Positions 37,867 to 50,779 of a stretch of DNA of 64,000 bases are shown in pieces (within the stretch, counting starts at the first letter, position 1; every line of letters starts with the position of its first letter). The notes beneath the pieces were generated by a model. The model did no database searches. It had not been told where the DNA came from and saw only the letters and a list, made by a program, of their open reading frames with translations. The DNA comes from Lama guanicoe (taxonomy: Eukaryota): NCBI GenBank assembly GCA_013239625.1, contig MU054323.1, positions 6,809,220 to 6,873,219 of the forward strand. The letters are read 5' to 3'. Position numbers and translations under genes: made by a program.

Positions 37867-39809
37867 GTAATGTTTTTCTCTCAGTTATTTTCACTAACCT
37901 TGCTCTTTATTAATATTGAATAATTTATATAGAATTTATGGCTTGATAAGTATTTTCTCCAAATCACAGTTTTTGCGATCATCAGTTTTAGGAAAGGAAG
38001 AAATGGGTAAGCAAAGTAATTCATGAGTGGATCCTGAATTTTGGGATGCACATTTTAAAGAACAGGATATCATGTGGTGGTCACTGACTCATTCAATCAT
38101 TCATTCATTCATTCAGCAGACATGTATCAAGTTCCTCACATACATAGAACACTATTAAGGTGCCACGGACATAGGGATGACCAAAGCAGGGATTTTCCTG
38201 CAGGGAATTCAAAATATGTCTGGAGAGTATATGACAGGTTTAAAGATCAGTGTGGCATGGGATATAACAGAGATATAACCAAAGACGAAAAAAATTAATT
38301 CCAACTTGGAGAATCAGGGATGGCTTTAGAGAGGAAGTGATATTTTTATCTGGCTTTTGAAGATCATTCCTAGCAGAATAGGCATATCAGAGGGCTCCTA
38401 GAAAATACAGATCTATATCATGCATGTCTACTTCATGACAGTTATAGTACCTGTATCTCCTGACTCAGGTTGAAGTTTCAAGTTGTATGAAATTATTAAT
38501 TAATAATTGAACAGCTGCTGTGTCATAGTAAGTACTGTGGGAATATGAAACAAGTGTATTCCCTGCCCTTAAGGAACTTAACAGTATTATAGGAAAGATA
38601 CGGAAATTATCTGAGAGTTAAGGCCAGAAGGTTCGTAGAGATTCAGAGACGAAGGATTTTGATGTACTTTAAAAATATTGTCATGTAATTATGGTAGCCT
38701 AATACACCTTTCCCAGTGTAATTTATTCTAATCTCTAAGTAAATAGTTTCTTTGGAAAGAGACTCTTTATATGGCTATTCCTGAAAAACAATTTAAAAAT
38801 TTTTTTCATTATTTCATCACCCTTCTTAACATTTTCCTATAACACTAGGTTTCCTAAGTTTACAGATGATTTTCCATTTATTACATTTTAGGTCAGCTGC
38901 TTCCTAATGGTATGTATGTAGAGGAAGAAGCTTGATTTTTTTTTTTTTCCAGGAAGCAATCTATATGAATCTCACTAGTGTGGTTACTTCTGGGTCAGCT
39001 TCCTCCAGACTAATGGTTCTTCGGTGGGCTTCTTACTAGATTGATACCGTCCTCAAAGATGGTATTTCAATGGAAATGACCAAGAATATATATTTTTTAA
39101 AAAGGCAGTCGTGAAATGCAGTCAGGTTTGGAAACCACTACACTAAGCAACCAGTGCATCCACTGGTTGCAAACTTTGTGACTCCCTCCACCAGCAGTGA
39201 GTGGCACTTGACTTTTGCATTAGTAGGAGACTCAGAGCACTGTCTCTGCTCACTGCCTGAAGTGCTGAAGTATGTGATACTCTTCGATTTTGCCTTACCT
39301 TTATAAATTAGACCTTCCAAGGCTTTACTTAAAAGACTTTTAACTTTATTTACCTATAATTTATATACATTTCGACCAAGGCAAAGCAAGTCTAGATCTC
39401 ATAGATGTTATTGAGCCATGGTTTAAAGTATGTTTCTAAACCATTGAAATTCTCTATAAAATAGATTGATTAAAGTGTAGTAAGTAAATAATATGCTATT
39501 AACATACGAAATGAAACAATTTAGAGAGAAATGTAAAGAAATGTAAGTATAATTCAACACCTCTTCTACATTAGTCATTTCTTAATGTCCTTTTCTTACA
39601 CTTTTTCTTAGAAAAAAAATTCCTCTTTAGAAATAACTTCTTTTCTCAAAATTAAATTGTCCAGAATTCACATGACTCTGATTCTAGTGTTTTAGAAATT
39701 CTAAACAACTTGCCAAACAGCATTCATGGGTTAAACATATCTTTTTCTGATATGTTATATTCAGTGGTATCTAACCTGGTAAGAAAAATGTGGTCCATGA
39801 AACAGTTAT

Positions 39810-39926
39810 ATGGGAATCACTTGTTAAAGATGTAGACCTGCTGAATTCAAATCTCAAGTGAGGGCCCAGGTATCTTAACAAGCTCCAAAGATAATGCTTC
39901 AGCACACAAGGTTTGAGAACCACTGG
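39810..39926. mobile_element. MER5-type hAT-Charlie remnant
   Basis: ttaacaagctcc...gtttgagaaccactg terminal motif. Confidence 0.65.
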
Positions 39927-42900
39927 TCTATCAAGAATGGAGAGAGGTGTAAATTTGCATTTGTGTGTGCTTGCTGCCTCTTCACTTAGGGACAGGGTGA
40001 AAAAAATGAAACAAATTGTGCCACTGTATCCTGGATATTGTGTAAACTTTTAAAATGTGAAACTCTACAGTGATTAATATTTAGGGAAAAAAATTTGCCC
40101 TCCATCTGTCTTTTGTCTTGCCTTTAGCTTACTTTTTGAAGGCATTGGCTGTTATTAAAAAAAATACTTATATGCTTTAAAGATTTAAGTTCTTATCTTA
40201 ATTTTTCAGCTGCTTTTGACAGAGACAGATCATGAACTACTTTTAAAGGGTGTTGACTATTTTATTTTCCAGAATCAAATTTGAAAATGCATTTTAGCCT
40301 AAGAATATGTGGGAGCATTCAGCATGAACTACATTAAAGCAGTGGTTCTCCATTGAGACTGGGGAGAAAATGGGTATCAGGATCACCTGAGGAAATTATT
40401 AAACCAAGAGAAGGTCCATGCAGAAATATAGTTTGGAGAAGCTTCCCAAGTTCTGTTCAATTCAGAACCATTCTTTTAGAAAAAGATCTAGGTTAAATGC
40501 TTACCAGAGATCCCTGGTAAGATTCATCTGGGGCAGTTGTTAAATCTGATTTCTGGACTTCACCCACATTACTGAATCAGAGTCTAAAATGTTTTCTTAC
40601 AGAAGCGTTTAGAAAACATAAACCTAGGTTCTACATGATATTAATAGCTGTAACTAAGGAATGGTGTTTCATACTGAATTAAATATGAGAAATGTTTCAT
40701 TTTCCGACTTCGGGGGATTCATAGACATATTTAAGGTATTTAAGTTTCTAGGGAGTTCTCCAATATAGGTTCCTGTTTAACTTTGTTATTGAGACTCATT
40801 TTTCCTCAGAATACTACTTCCTGTAGCACATCTATTAGCACTTAAGGAGAGTAGTAGTCATGGGAAATGTGAGGCTAAATAGCCTAGAAAAGTCTTACGA
40901 AAGTTCTGTTTACCTATTATCAATGATGTAATGGATCATTTCTTGCCTTTGACAGATGTCCATGATATATTGTTATATTTTTTTAAAAAGCTAAGAAAAC
41001 ACAGCCTCTATAGAAAGAGCTCACTCTTGTATATCTATCCAATACTAGAAGATTCACAAAATGTTAACGGTGGTTATCTCTGAGTGATGGGATTATATGA
41101 GTTTATCTTCACTTTTTGTTCATTTCTCTATTATCTTAACTTTATAATCACAAAATAAAGTTATTTTCATTAAAAAAAATCATGAGACAGTAGGAAGGAG
41201 TTTGTAGTATCAAGAAGTGGGGAAGCATTGCTGTAAAACAGAAGTACCCATATGAATGATTAACTAGAATGTCTATGGTCTGTATCACAAAATTTACTGA
41301 AAATCTTTTTCTGTCAAATTTTATTGAAAATATTTAGAACATGAGTTTATGTTCCTTTTTTAGAATTTTTGATGTTCTGAGTAGAGTTTACCCATTGGGG
41401 ATTAAAAGTCTTAGATCACCTAGGGTAATTTTTTTTCTTTACCTTAATAAAAGTTTTTGAATTGCATTTTCCTGTATGTATCTAGGGAAATAACAAAAAG
41501 AAAGAGAAATCTCTGCCAACATTGACCTGTAGTACCTTGCCACACACATTTTAAACCTACCCATTTGATTAATATCAGTAAGGCGTACTTGTTGAGGTTA
41601 TCTCAGCACCAAACTGGATGGAGTCAAAAACCCAAATAGCTCTATATCTGTAGCTGCTAAGGCCAGAGAAAACAGTTCCCTTTGCTTTGTAGGCCTACTA
41701 TGCCTTTTTCCTCCTACAATTGCCATTTTAAAGGCTCTTTGAAGAGTTTCTGGGGTGTCATAATACCGTATCAATAACATCCCTCCTCACTAAGTACTCT
41801 AAACATTTTAGAAATGAACACAGGAGTCAGGGATCAAAACCTGGCAAAACTAGATAAGAAAGCAAGGCCAGGACCTGTGATCAAATGAAATTCCAAATAG
41901 TTTTGTCCAAGCCCAGATCTTTCCTATGGGGAAAGTTTGGTGTGTAGAGCATATGTTTAGCCATCCAGTTCTAGAAAGAATTATGGCTCCCATGCTCATG
42001 TCTTAATGTAGAATATTAGTGATTGTTATATAGGGTTGAAGCTATTAGTATAAGTAGTGTCTATGGATTGGCAGACTGTGAGTGAGTATGACTCAGGACA
42101 TACATACTTTGGAAGCTGCTTATTTGTTACTTTTTTTTCTTTAGTGTTCATTTAGGAAATATTCATTCAGTACCTGCTATGTACCAGGCTCCATGCTAAA
42201 TATTATCTCACAATAAACTGGCTCCATTTTAGTGATGATGGGCAAAGGTTAATTTGCATTATTAAATGCTAAACTTGTAAATGACAAAGACAGAATTCAA
42301 ACCTAAATCTGATTCCTAGGCTTTAATTCTTTTGATTGGTCCTTGCTGCCTTCCTGTTTACCTCTCAATTTTAGTTAACTGGACAGTCTTAATTAGGTTC
42401 TAATTAATTAAATTTTTACTATATTTAATATTGCCTTTTGTTCATTTCAAAGATTGTGAATTATGATGTGCTAAGTCTTATTCCACACATTATCATCCAA
42501 AATAAATAATCTAACTTCAAAACTTAAAAGTGTAATCATTTCCTGTATTAAATTAATAGGTATTCCCCAATTTTGAAATTTTTACTAGTTTAGATATGAT
42601 CCTACAACTACTTAAGGCAGCATAATTACTAAAGGACTATTGATGTTTCTGTAATCCACATTAAGTATCTTAATGTTCCCATTCTAGCCTGAGTTTGTAG
42701 TTCTTTCTCACCTTTAAAGGGCTTGTCAAAAAACGAAAAAAATTTCTCTTCATTAATTTCCATTATAAAAGTAAGTCTAGATTTCCCACATAAGCAAAAA
42801 CATAAATTGAGATACAGGATAATCATAGCCAAGATTTAAAATCTGTTCTTTAAAGAAAAGTTATGGTAGTTGATCACAAGTCAATATTAACCTATTGAGA

Positions 42901-43150
42901 TGGGTGGGATTCAAGTTGAAAATCAAGAAGTACTTACTGGATGATTTTATGTGCAAAGCATCATACAATTTCTGTGGAAAGGGGAATAAGAATGGGATGC
43001 TACTACTAGCCCTTATGTTTATTCTACCTGAAGAAGAAAAATAAGTGTATAAAAAGTTATCTGCCTCCTATTCAAAGAGATATCGAAGAAATATTTGGGA
43101 AGCAATGAAGGAATAAGATTGGAAATGCAAAATGATGTCAGGTTGTAGAG

Positions 43151-43280
43151 CTGTACTGTCCAGTATGGTAACCACTTGCCATATGCACCTGTTGAGTACT
43201 CTAAATGTGGCTAGTATGACTAAGGAACTGAATTTTAATTTTTATTAGCTTAAAATTTAATTTGCCTCATGTGCCTGGTG
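43151..43280. mobile_element. MER3/MER33-like hAT remnant
   Basis: Terminal inverted repeats ctgtccagtatg ... catattggacag. Confidence 0.75.
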
Positions 43281-44978
43281 ACTGTCATATTGGACAGACA
43301 GTCAGCTCAGTGTTGAAGAGCCAGTGAATGTTTTCCAGCGGAGTGATCCTAAAAAAGCAATAAATAGTAATGAAGAAATAGAACAAAATGGCAGAAGCAA
43401 AATAACATGAAATATAGTGTATCTTGACTGGCCCTTTATGTATCTGTAGCTTTTTCATTATTCTAGGTTAATGATTTACCTTAAATGCCACTTTTTAAAA
43501 TTGTAGTTGTATTTTCCAAAATACATTATCAAAAGATATTAACTGTTAGGAATTGTTAATATTTTTTAGAGTTTTAACATAGCAAACATTTATATCCTTA
43601 CACAGATGTTATTAGTTTCTATTAAAGACTCTTTTTCATCATTTATTATTTCATTAGATACTAAATTTCTCCATGTGATATATTTGGTAAATGTGCCAGT
43701 GATTTGGCTGAAATTTCCAGATAGGTAAGGAATTCTTTCAATTAAGTTTATATCCTGGTTTTTGTACTTAGGCAGATTTACGTATGGTATGGATTTACAG
43801 CAGATTATGCCCTCTTCATTTTATATGGCACACCCAAGACAATAAAATAGAACCGGTCTTTTCTCTACTTAAAGTAAGATGTAGCCTCAAAACTTATTTA
43901 TCAGTTGGTCATTTTGTCTTTTTCATATGTCTTTAAAGTGTAATTGAAGCCCTTTCTGAAATGTCTTTGAAAAATAGGACTAACATTTATTACAGACTAA
44001 ATCATAATAATCATTTGTGGTAGTAATTCTTGCGTTTCAGTGGATATGATTTTTGACCTGGGTATAGATGAATATACCTATTAAATCTTTCTTAAAATGG
44101 ATTTCTATTGTATTACTGAAATATGAATGAAATTTACTTACTTAGTAGTCTGGTATAGCCTTTAAGTATTTAATAAATACTTACCAACGTAGTTAGAATT
44201 TTGTCTGTAGTTAATAAAGCTTAAGACAAAAGTAAATTATGGTATTTACATAGTGATTTGACTTCCTTAACCTAGTTTTTGTTTTGTATCAGTAATCATT
44301 ACTAGTCATTTGTTCTATATTAGTAAATCAGGCTTTACCTTAATTTGCTTACTAATTTTCAGACATCAAAAATAATACATATATATAACTAATAATTTCT
44401 CAAGTGGGGACCTTTGTGATTCACATTCCTGAGTGAAAAATTAAATTTGAATTTTAGTTAAATAATTCTGCAAACTAATCAAAACTTAGAGGGTGACTTT
44501 TGTGGTATATTAATTATATCTCAATAAAGCTATTTTTAAAAATCAGCCAGATGGGGTGGGGCAGGGTCGGGGGCATACTTATTAGAGATACTGAAAATGG
44601 GAGGGAAGAAAGTTACTTCTTGGTATTTTTGTTGGACATTTAATAAATTTAAGGAGCTGCCCCCTTATAGGGAAAGATTAAGGTTGATTTTTTTAAGTGT
44701 GGTTTGAGGTTTCTTCATAATCATTACTTCTGTGAGGAGGCACTCAATCAAGTAGGACTAAATTAAAAGTGGTCATCAGGTGGTATATTTCATCTGGAAT
44801 CATTTCCCCCCTCAAATATCTGCTTAATTTGAACATTTTTTATTTTGAGTCTGAGCAGGCAGCAATTGGAAGGGCATAAAAAAATGAGTTTCTAGGTAGA
44901 AAGAAGGCTTGGTAACTCTCCTCTGCCCAAAGTACAAGTGTCAGAATTTTAACTAGGTTTCTCTTTTGTTTGAAACAG

Positions 44979-45126
44979 TGATGACTCGTGGCACTGCCTC
45001 CAGCCCATCCTATAGATTCATATTGAATGATGGGACAATGCTTAGCGCTCACACCAAGTGTAAACTTTGCTATCCTCAAAGTCCAGACATGCAACCTTTC
45101 ATCATGGGAATTCATATCATCGACAG
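44979..45126 (+). CDS. NCOA1: NCOA1 coding exon 8, PAS-B (MTRGTASSPSYRFILNDG...GIHIID)
   Basis: Within ORF 44966..45160; aaacag|tgatg, CAG|gtacta. Confidence 0.98.
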
Positions 45127-46447
45127 GTACTACTTATTTGGAGAGCTTCATATGAAATAAGTCAGTTCACATATCTCTTCTTAGAGAAAAAAAAATTTTT
45201 ATACTCTTAATGGCTAGAAAACAGATTTTAAATTAGGTGTTAACTAGTATGATGAGTATATAATCAGTATATTCATACTGGGTTTTTTAGTTTTGTTGCC
45301 TTAGAATAGCTTTGTTGTTCAAAAAGGGAGACAGGAAAAGGTGAGGCTGAACATATGTTTTAGGGATAAAACCCAAAAAGGTGGCTAAAAATTTCAACTT
45401 TTCTTATATGAACTTATGGTCTTATAATAGATTTGAGTTTGTTAATATTGTTATTTTTAATTTTAGAAATGCTTTATTTTCATTAGGGCATACTCAATGG
45501 CTCCTGAGTTTACGTTAACAATTTCTGAAACTACAAATTATTAAACAATCAACTTGAGATTTTTGAATGTCATTGCCTCTCATTTGTTCTCCTCTTAAAA
45601 TATGTTTTACACTATTATATATGGTAAATTCATGAAACCATTCTTTTATCCTATGAATTATTCAAAACCCTGCATTTACAACTATTTAAAATTTAGCATT
45701 AAACAAAAACAAAGACGTTTTCCCTCACTTCATCTTTCCCTCATCTGATATATTTGCTTATTGGAACATGGTAATACCAGTCACAAATCTGTTGTCATAA
45801 TTACGGATTTGAGTAAAGAACTCGATGAAAATTTGAATTCCGTATTCTGCTGTTTCTAATTTTAGTTTAATTTATGCTTGTGAGTGGAATTAGCACAGTT
45901 CTTTTTTTTCATATTGTGATTTCTCTTTCAAAACATCTGCTATGTCTGCATGTCACCCTTTTTAATTTTTACATCAGTGACACAGTATTTTCCTTACCCA
46001 GTCTTCCTCTTTGGAGTTGAAATACTTAAAAGCTGTAGCAAGGGAGTCATGAATAAATACTTTGTAAACAGAGGTGTGGGAAGATTCTCTTTCAACTGAA
46101 AGTATTATTTTAGTCTTAATTATTTGTATTAAATTTTGAGACGTTTAAAAGTACACGTATTGGATTTTTTCCCAAGGCTGAGAAAGATTTCTTTCCCATT
46201 TAACTGAAACCATTATCAAATTTACAGGACCTTAGGCACTATTTCCTTTTAAGTGGTGCTGATATTTCACAGTAGTACTAACCGTCCACTGTTTTTCCTT
46301 AGTTTCAAGTAATACAGAAGCTTCTTACTTGATAGTTTGCAACATTAGTGAGGTTGTTAATAGTGTTGTTTCATAATATGCATCATGAAAATATTGTAAT
46401 GGAAACCAGTGAAGATGTTTGAATAATAATGTCTTTCCCCTCCCTAG

Positions 46448-47768
46448 GGAACACAGTGGTCTTTCTCCTCAAGAGGACACTAATTCTGGAATGTCAATTC
46501 CTCGGGTAAACCCTTCCGTCAACCCTAATATCTCTCCAGCTCATGGTGTGGCCCGTTCATCTGCATTGCCACCATCAAACAGCAACATGGTATCCACCAG
46601 AGTAAACCGCCAACAGAGCTCAGACCTTCATAGCAGCAGTCATAGTAATTCTAGCAACAGCCAAGGGAGTTTTGGATGCTCACCTGGAAATCAGATTGTA
46701 GCCAGTGTTGCCTTAAACCAGGGACAGGCCAGTTCCCAGAGCACTAATCCCTCTTTAAACCTCAATAATTCTCCTATGGAAGGTACAGGAATATCCCTTG
46801 CACAGTTCATGTCTCCAAGGAGACAAGTTAGTTCTGGATTGGCAACAAGGCCCAGGATGCCAAACAATTCATTTCCTCCTAATATTCCAACATTAACCTC
46901 CCCTGTTAGCATGACAAGTACTGCCTGTAATAATAGTAACCGATCTTATTCAAACATCCCAGTAACACCTTTACAGAGTATGAATGAAGGACCCAATAAC
47001 TCTGTTGGCTTCTCTGCCAGTTCTCCAGTCCTCAGGCAGATGAGCTCACAGAATTCACCTAGCAGATTAAATATCCAACCAGCAAAAGCTGAGTCCAAAG
47101 ATAACAAAGAGATTGCATCCATTTTAAATGAAATGATTCAGTCTGACAACAGCTCTAATGATGGCAAACCTCTGGATTCTGGGCTTCTGCATAACAATGA
47201 CAGACTCTCAGATGGAGACAATAAATATTCTCAAACTAGTCACAAACTAGTGCAGCTTTTGACAACAACTGCAGAGCAACAGTTACGGCATGCTGATATA
47301 GACACAAGTTGCAAAGAGGTACTATCTTGCACAGGCACTTCCAACTCTGCCTCTGCTAACTCTTCAAGTGGTTCTTGCCCCTCCTCTCATAGCTCACTGA
47401 CAGAGCGGCACAAAATTCTACACCGGCTCTTACAGGAGGGTAGCCCCTCAGATATCACCACTTTGTCAGTGGAGCCTGATAAAAAGGATAGTGCATCTAC
47501 TTCTGTGTCAGTGACTGGACAGGTACAAGGGAACTCCAGTATAAAACTAGAACTGGATGCTTCAAAGAAAAAAGAATCAAAAGACCATCAGCTCCTACGC
47601 TACCTTTTAGATAAAGATGAGAAAGATTTAAGATCAACTCCAAACCTGAGCTTGGATGATGTGAAGGTGAAAGTGGAAAAGAAAGAACAGATGGATTCTT
47701 GTAACACAAACCCAACCCCAATGACCAAATCTGCTCCTGAGGATATTAAACTGGAGTCACAGAGCCAG
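46448..47768 (+). CDS. NCOA1: NCOA1 coding exon 9 (1321 nt): S/T-rich region and nuclear receptor interaction domain
   Basis: Within ORF 46419..47825; ccctag|ggaa, CAG|gtaggt; contains LVQLL, LHRLL and LRYLL. Confidence 0.99.
47247..47609 (+). other. NCOA1: Three LxxLL NR boxes: LVQLL 47247-47261 (aa 633-637), LHRLL 47418-47432 (aa 690-694), LRYLL 47595-47609 (aa 749-753)
   Basis: Direct translation; numbering matches the established human SRC-1 NR boxes. SUMO consensus sites IKLE (K732), VKVE (K774) and IKLE (K800) lie in the same exon. Confidence 0.97.
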
Positions 47769-48759
47769 GTAGGTAATTCCTTGCTTCACAAAATGAATAT
47801 TCCTAGGTTTTTTTTTTTTCATTGATTTTACTCCATCCATAGACCATGTTTGGATTCAGGCTATATTTTGTCCTATCCATTGGGCATATATTAAAAGGTT
47901 AGTATCGATGGTTAAAAAAATCATAGGATGCCCTCAAAAGTTCCCTTTGGAACCTTGGAGGGCTACTAATGTGGAATTCTAAGAAAGTAGCTGTTTCTTA
48001 CTGTAAAATCAGAGTTCACGTCTTTGGAGATATTTTTAAAAATACCTTCCCTGCCCTCTCCTCCCATCTCCCCACCTATTGGCTTCATTTATTGAATAAT
48101 TGCTGTGGACTTTGAAAGAATTTAAGAAAAACAGAAAATGTGATACCTCCCCTCTGGGACTTACAGATTATTTAGACAGAATATAGACATCCATGAAATA
48201 GTTGAAAATGCATTCACAAATTAGTTAATCAATAAGGCTCTCCATTTTGAAGCAAGATTCACACTGAGTATTTATAGGTCCTACAGTTTCTTAAGCCAGC
48301 TTTATTTTTTGCCCTCATCTCACAGAAATCTCTCTCTTCCCTCAGGTGTACTGCATTCTAGGCACATGGAAGTCCTTGCCTTTCCTGGGATAAGCCATGT
48401 CTCTCCTAAGCATCTCCTGCCTTGCTTTCCTTTCTATGTCTGCTGAACTTCTACTCATCTTTCACAGACAGTTAGTTCAGACATCACCTCTGTAAAGTCT
48501 TCCCCAGTAGCCCTAGTTAGACATTCCCTTCCTCTCGCTCTCATGGTGCTTTGTTTTGTCTCTATTTACTATTTGCAATGACACTATTTTGGTTATTTCT
48601 TTACATGTGTGCTCTTTGAGAAGGCTGTCTCTCATATTTCTTGGGAGCAATAAACTAATGCCGTGTTTTTAAGCTGAAGAAAACAGCTTTAAATAATAAC
48701 TATATTAAAACTCTGTCTTTAAGATTAACTTTAAAAGTAGCAGCTTTATAAAATAATGC

Positions 48760-49550
48760 CATTATGTAGTCTTGGGACATAGTCTGTTTTGGTGCACATA
48801 TACATGCATTTCTGCTAAGTTTATACCTGGGAGCGGAATTGCAGGATCATAAGATATGTGTATTTTCATCTTTAGTAGATAATGCCAGTTTTCCTAATGT
48901 ATGAGATTCCTTCAAGCTGTTATGTGTCCTTGTTACTACTTGCTGTTGTCAGTCTTTTAAATTTTGGCTGTTCTGGGGTCTGTGTAGTGGTATTTCATAG
49001 TTCTGATTTACCTCTCCCTGATAAATGTTTATTGGTCATTTGGATATCTTCTTTTATAAACAGCCTGTTCAGGTGTCTTGCCCATTTTGGCAATATGCTG
49101 TCTTTTTCTTACTGACCTGTGAGAGTTCTTTACATATTTTGGTTGAGTCCTCTATTGGTTACATATTTTCAGATACTTTCTGTGTTGTGCTTTACCTTTT
49201 CTTTCTCTTAATGGTGCTTTTTGATGAAGTGCAGTTCTTCATTTTAATGTAGTCCAATTTGTCAGTTTTTTCCTTTATAGTTAGTACTTTTTGCACATGT
49301 CACAAAAGACATGTTCAAAAATATTCATAGTAGTTTTGTTTGTATTCACCAATAACCAGGAAAACTCCCAAATTCATCATAGTAGAATTGATAAGTATAT
49401 TGTAACATGCTCATACAATGAGATACTATTCAGCAGTGGAAACAAAATGAACTACTGCTCCATGAGACAGGATGTGTGAACTTCTGAAATGTAATGTTAA
49501 ATGAAAGAAGCTAGACTTTAAAAAAATGCATACTATAATTCTGTTATACA
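48760..49550. mobile_element. Old L1M with an inverted 5' part (antisense 48760-49290, sense 49291-49550)
   Basis: Antisense: cagttcttcattttaatgtagtccaatttgtcagttttttcctttatagttagtac; sense: cacaaaagacatgttcaaaaatattcatag. Confidence 0.78.
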
Positions 49551-50242
49551 ATTTAGAAACATAAAATTTAGTTGAATTAAATAATGAAACCCAAACAGGT
49601 AGACATTTTATGTTGGTGAGCTATCTTAAGGTAATCATAATGGAATAATATAGTGTGAAATAAAGACCAATTTTCCCCTGTGCATAACCTCAGACAGATA
49701 TAGGAACTCTCTATTTATTCTAGAAAATATATTTCTTATTCTAGTACATCCTTAATGGGAAGTGACTTTTCTGGGATCTTTGAAGCTGATATATTATTTA
49801 TTAAAAAGTTTCCAAGACTTTTTTAAATTACAGAAAATATATATCAGTGCAAATGTATTTTTATTCCATCATCTAGTAGGTCATTTTACAAAATTTTGAA
49901 AAATATAACAGAAAAAAATCACCCATGATGCTCCTGTCCTAACAGTACTTTTGATGTTTCCTTCCAGTTCAGTCAAAAGTTTTCCAATGTATAAATTTTA
50001 TACCAAGATAATGTGTGTGTATTATCTTATATCCTGCAGTATATTAATATCATAAGCATCCAGTTTTTCCACTGTTAAGTAATGTTATTTCATCTGAGGC
50101 CCCAATCTCTCTAATTATTTCTTCTTTCTTTATTCTCTCATAGTCACTCAGTTCATATAGTTTAAAGGAATGACTTGTTTTCTACATCATTTCAGGTAAA
50201 AATGAAGAACATATTTCCTCTAACTTTCATTTCCGTTCTTAG

Positions 50243-50423
50243 TTTACAGCTGACCTGGACCAGTTTGATCAGTTACTACCCACGCTGGAGAAGGCAGCAC
50301 AATTGCCAGGCTTATGTGAGACAGAGAGGATGGATGGTGCAGTCACCAGTGTCACCGTCAAGTCGGAAATCCTGCCAGCTTCACTTCAGTCCACCACTGC
50401 CAGACCCACTTCCAGGCTGAACA
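50243..50423 (+). CDS. NCOA1: NCOA1 coding exon 10 (FTADLDQFDQLLPTLEKAAQ...PTSRLN)
   Basis: ttcttag|ttt, ACA|gtatgt. ORF 50175..50420 covers it in a different frame. Confidence 0.97.
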
Positions 50424-50779
50424 GTATGTGTTGGGGACAGAACCTCATTTTAAATGTTTGATGATAATGTGGATTAGTGCTTTGTCTCTCACCATTACTG
50501 CACAGGCCTTTTGTTTGTTGAGAATGAAATATCTTTTCATTAATGCCACTATGAGTAATACACAATTACTTTTAGACACATGAACTTCACTTATCATGTG
50601 TGTTCTTGGTCATAGTATAACCTCTACTTTTTTGTAATTAATGTTAAGGTGAGAAGTTGATGTTAAGGAGAGCAATTTTGTGTTCTTACCCAGAACATTC
50701 CATAGTAGGTCTTTCAGAAACATAATACTAGGTCAGATTGTTTCCCAAACTGTCTTCCTTGAATACCAGTCCTATAAAC

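Noticed and set aside
44163..44183. Palindrome taagtattta-a-taaatactta (also a near-palindrome at 40500-40521)
   Set aside because: Ten-bp arms are plausible by chance in 64 kb of AT-rich DNA
46691..47721. Antisense ORFs 46691..46912 and 47497..47721 (also 17343..17597, 31205..31420, 59405..59668)
   Set aside because: Short shadow ORFs opposite real exons, with no independent support
46419..47825. Standalone 468-aa single-exon gene
   Set aside because: It is NCOA1 exon 9 plus intronic read-through at both ends, with clear splice sites at 46448 and 47768
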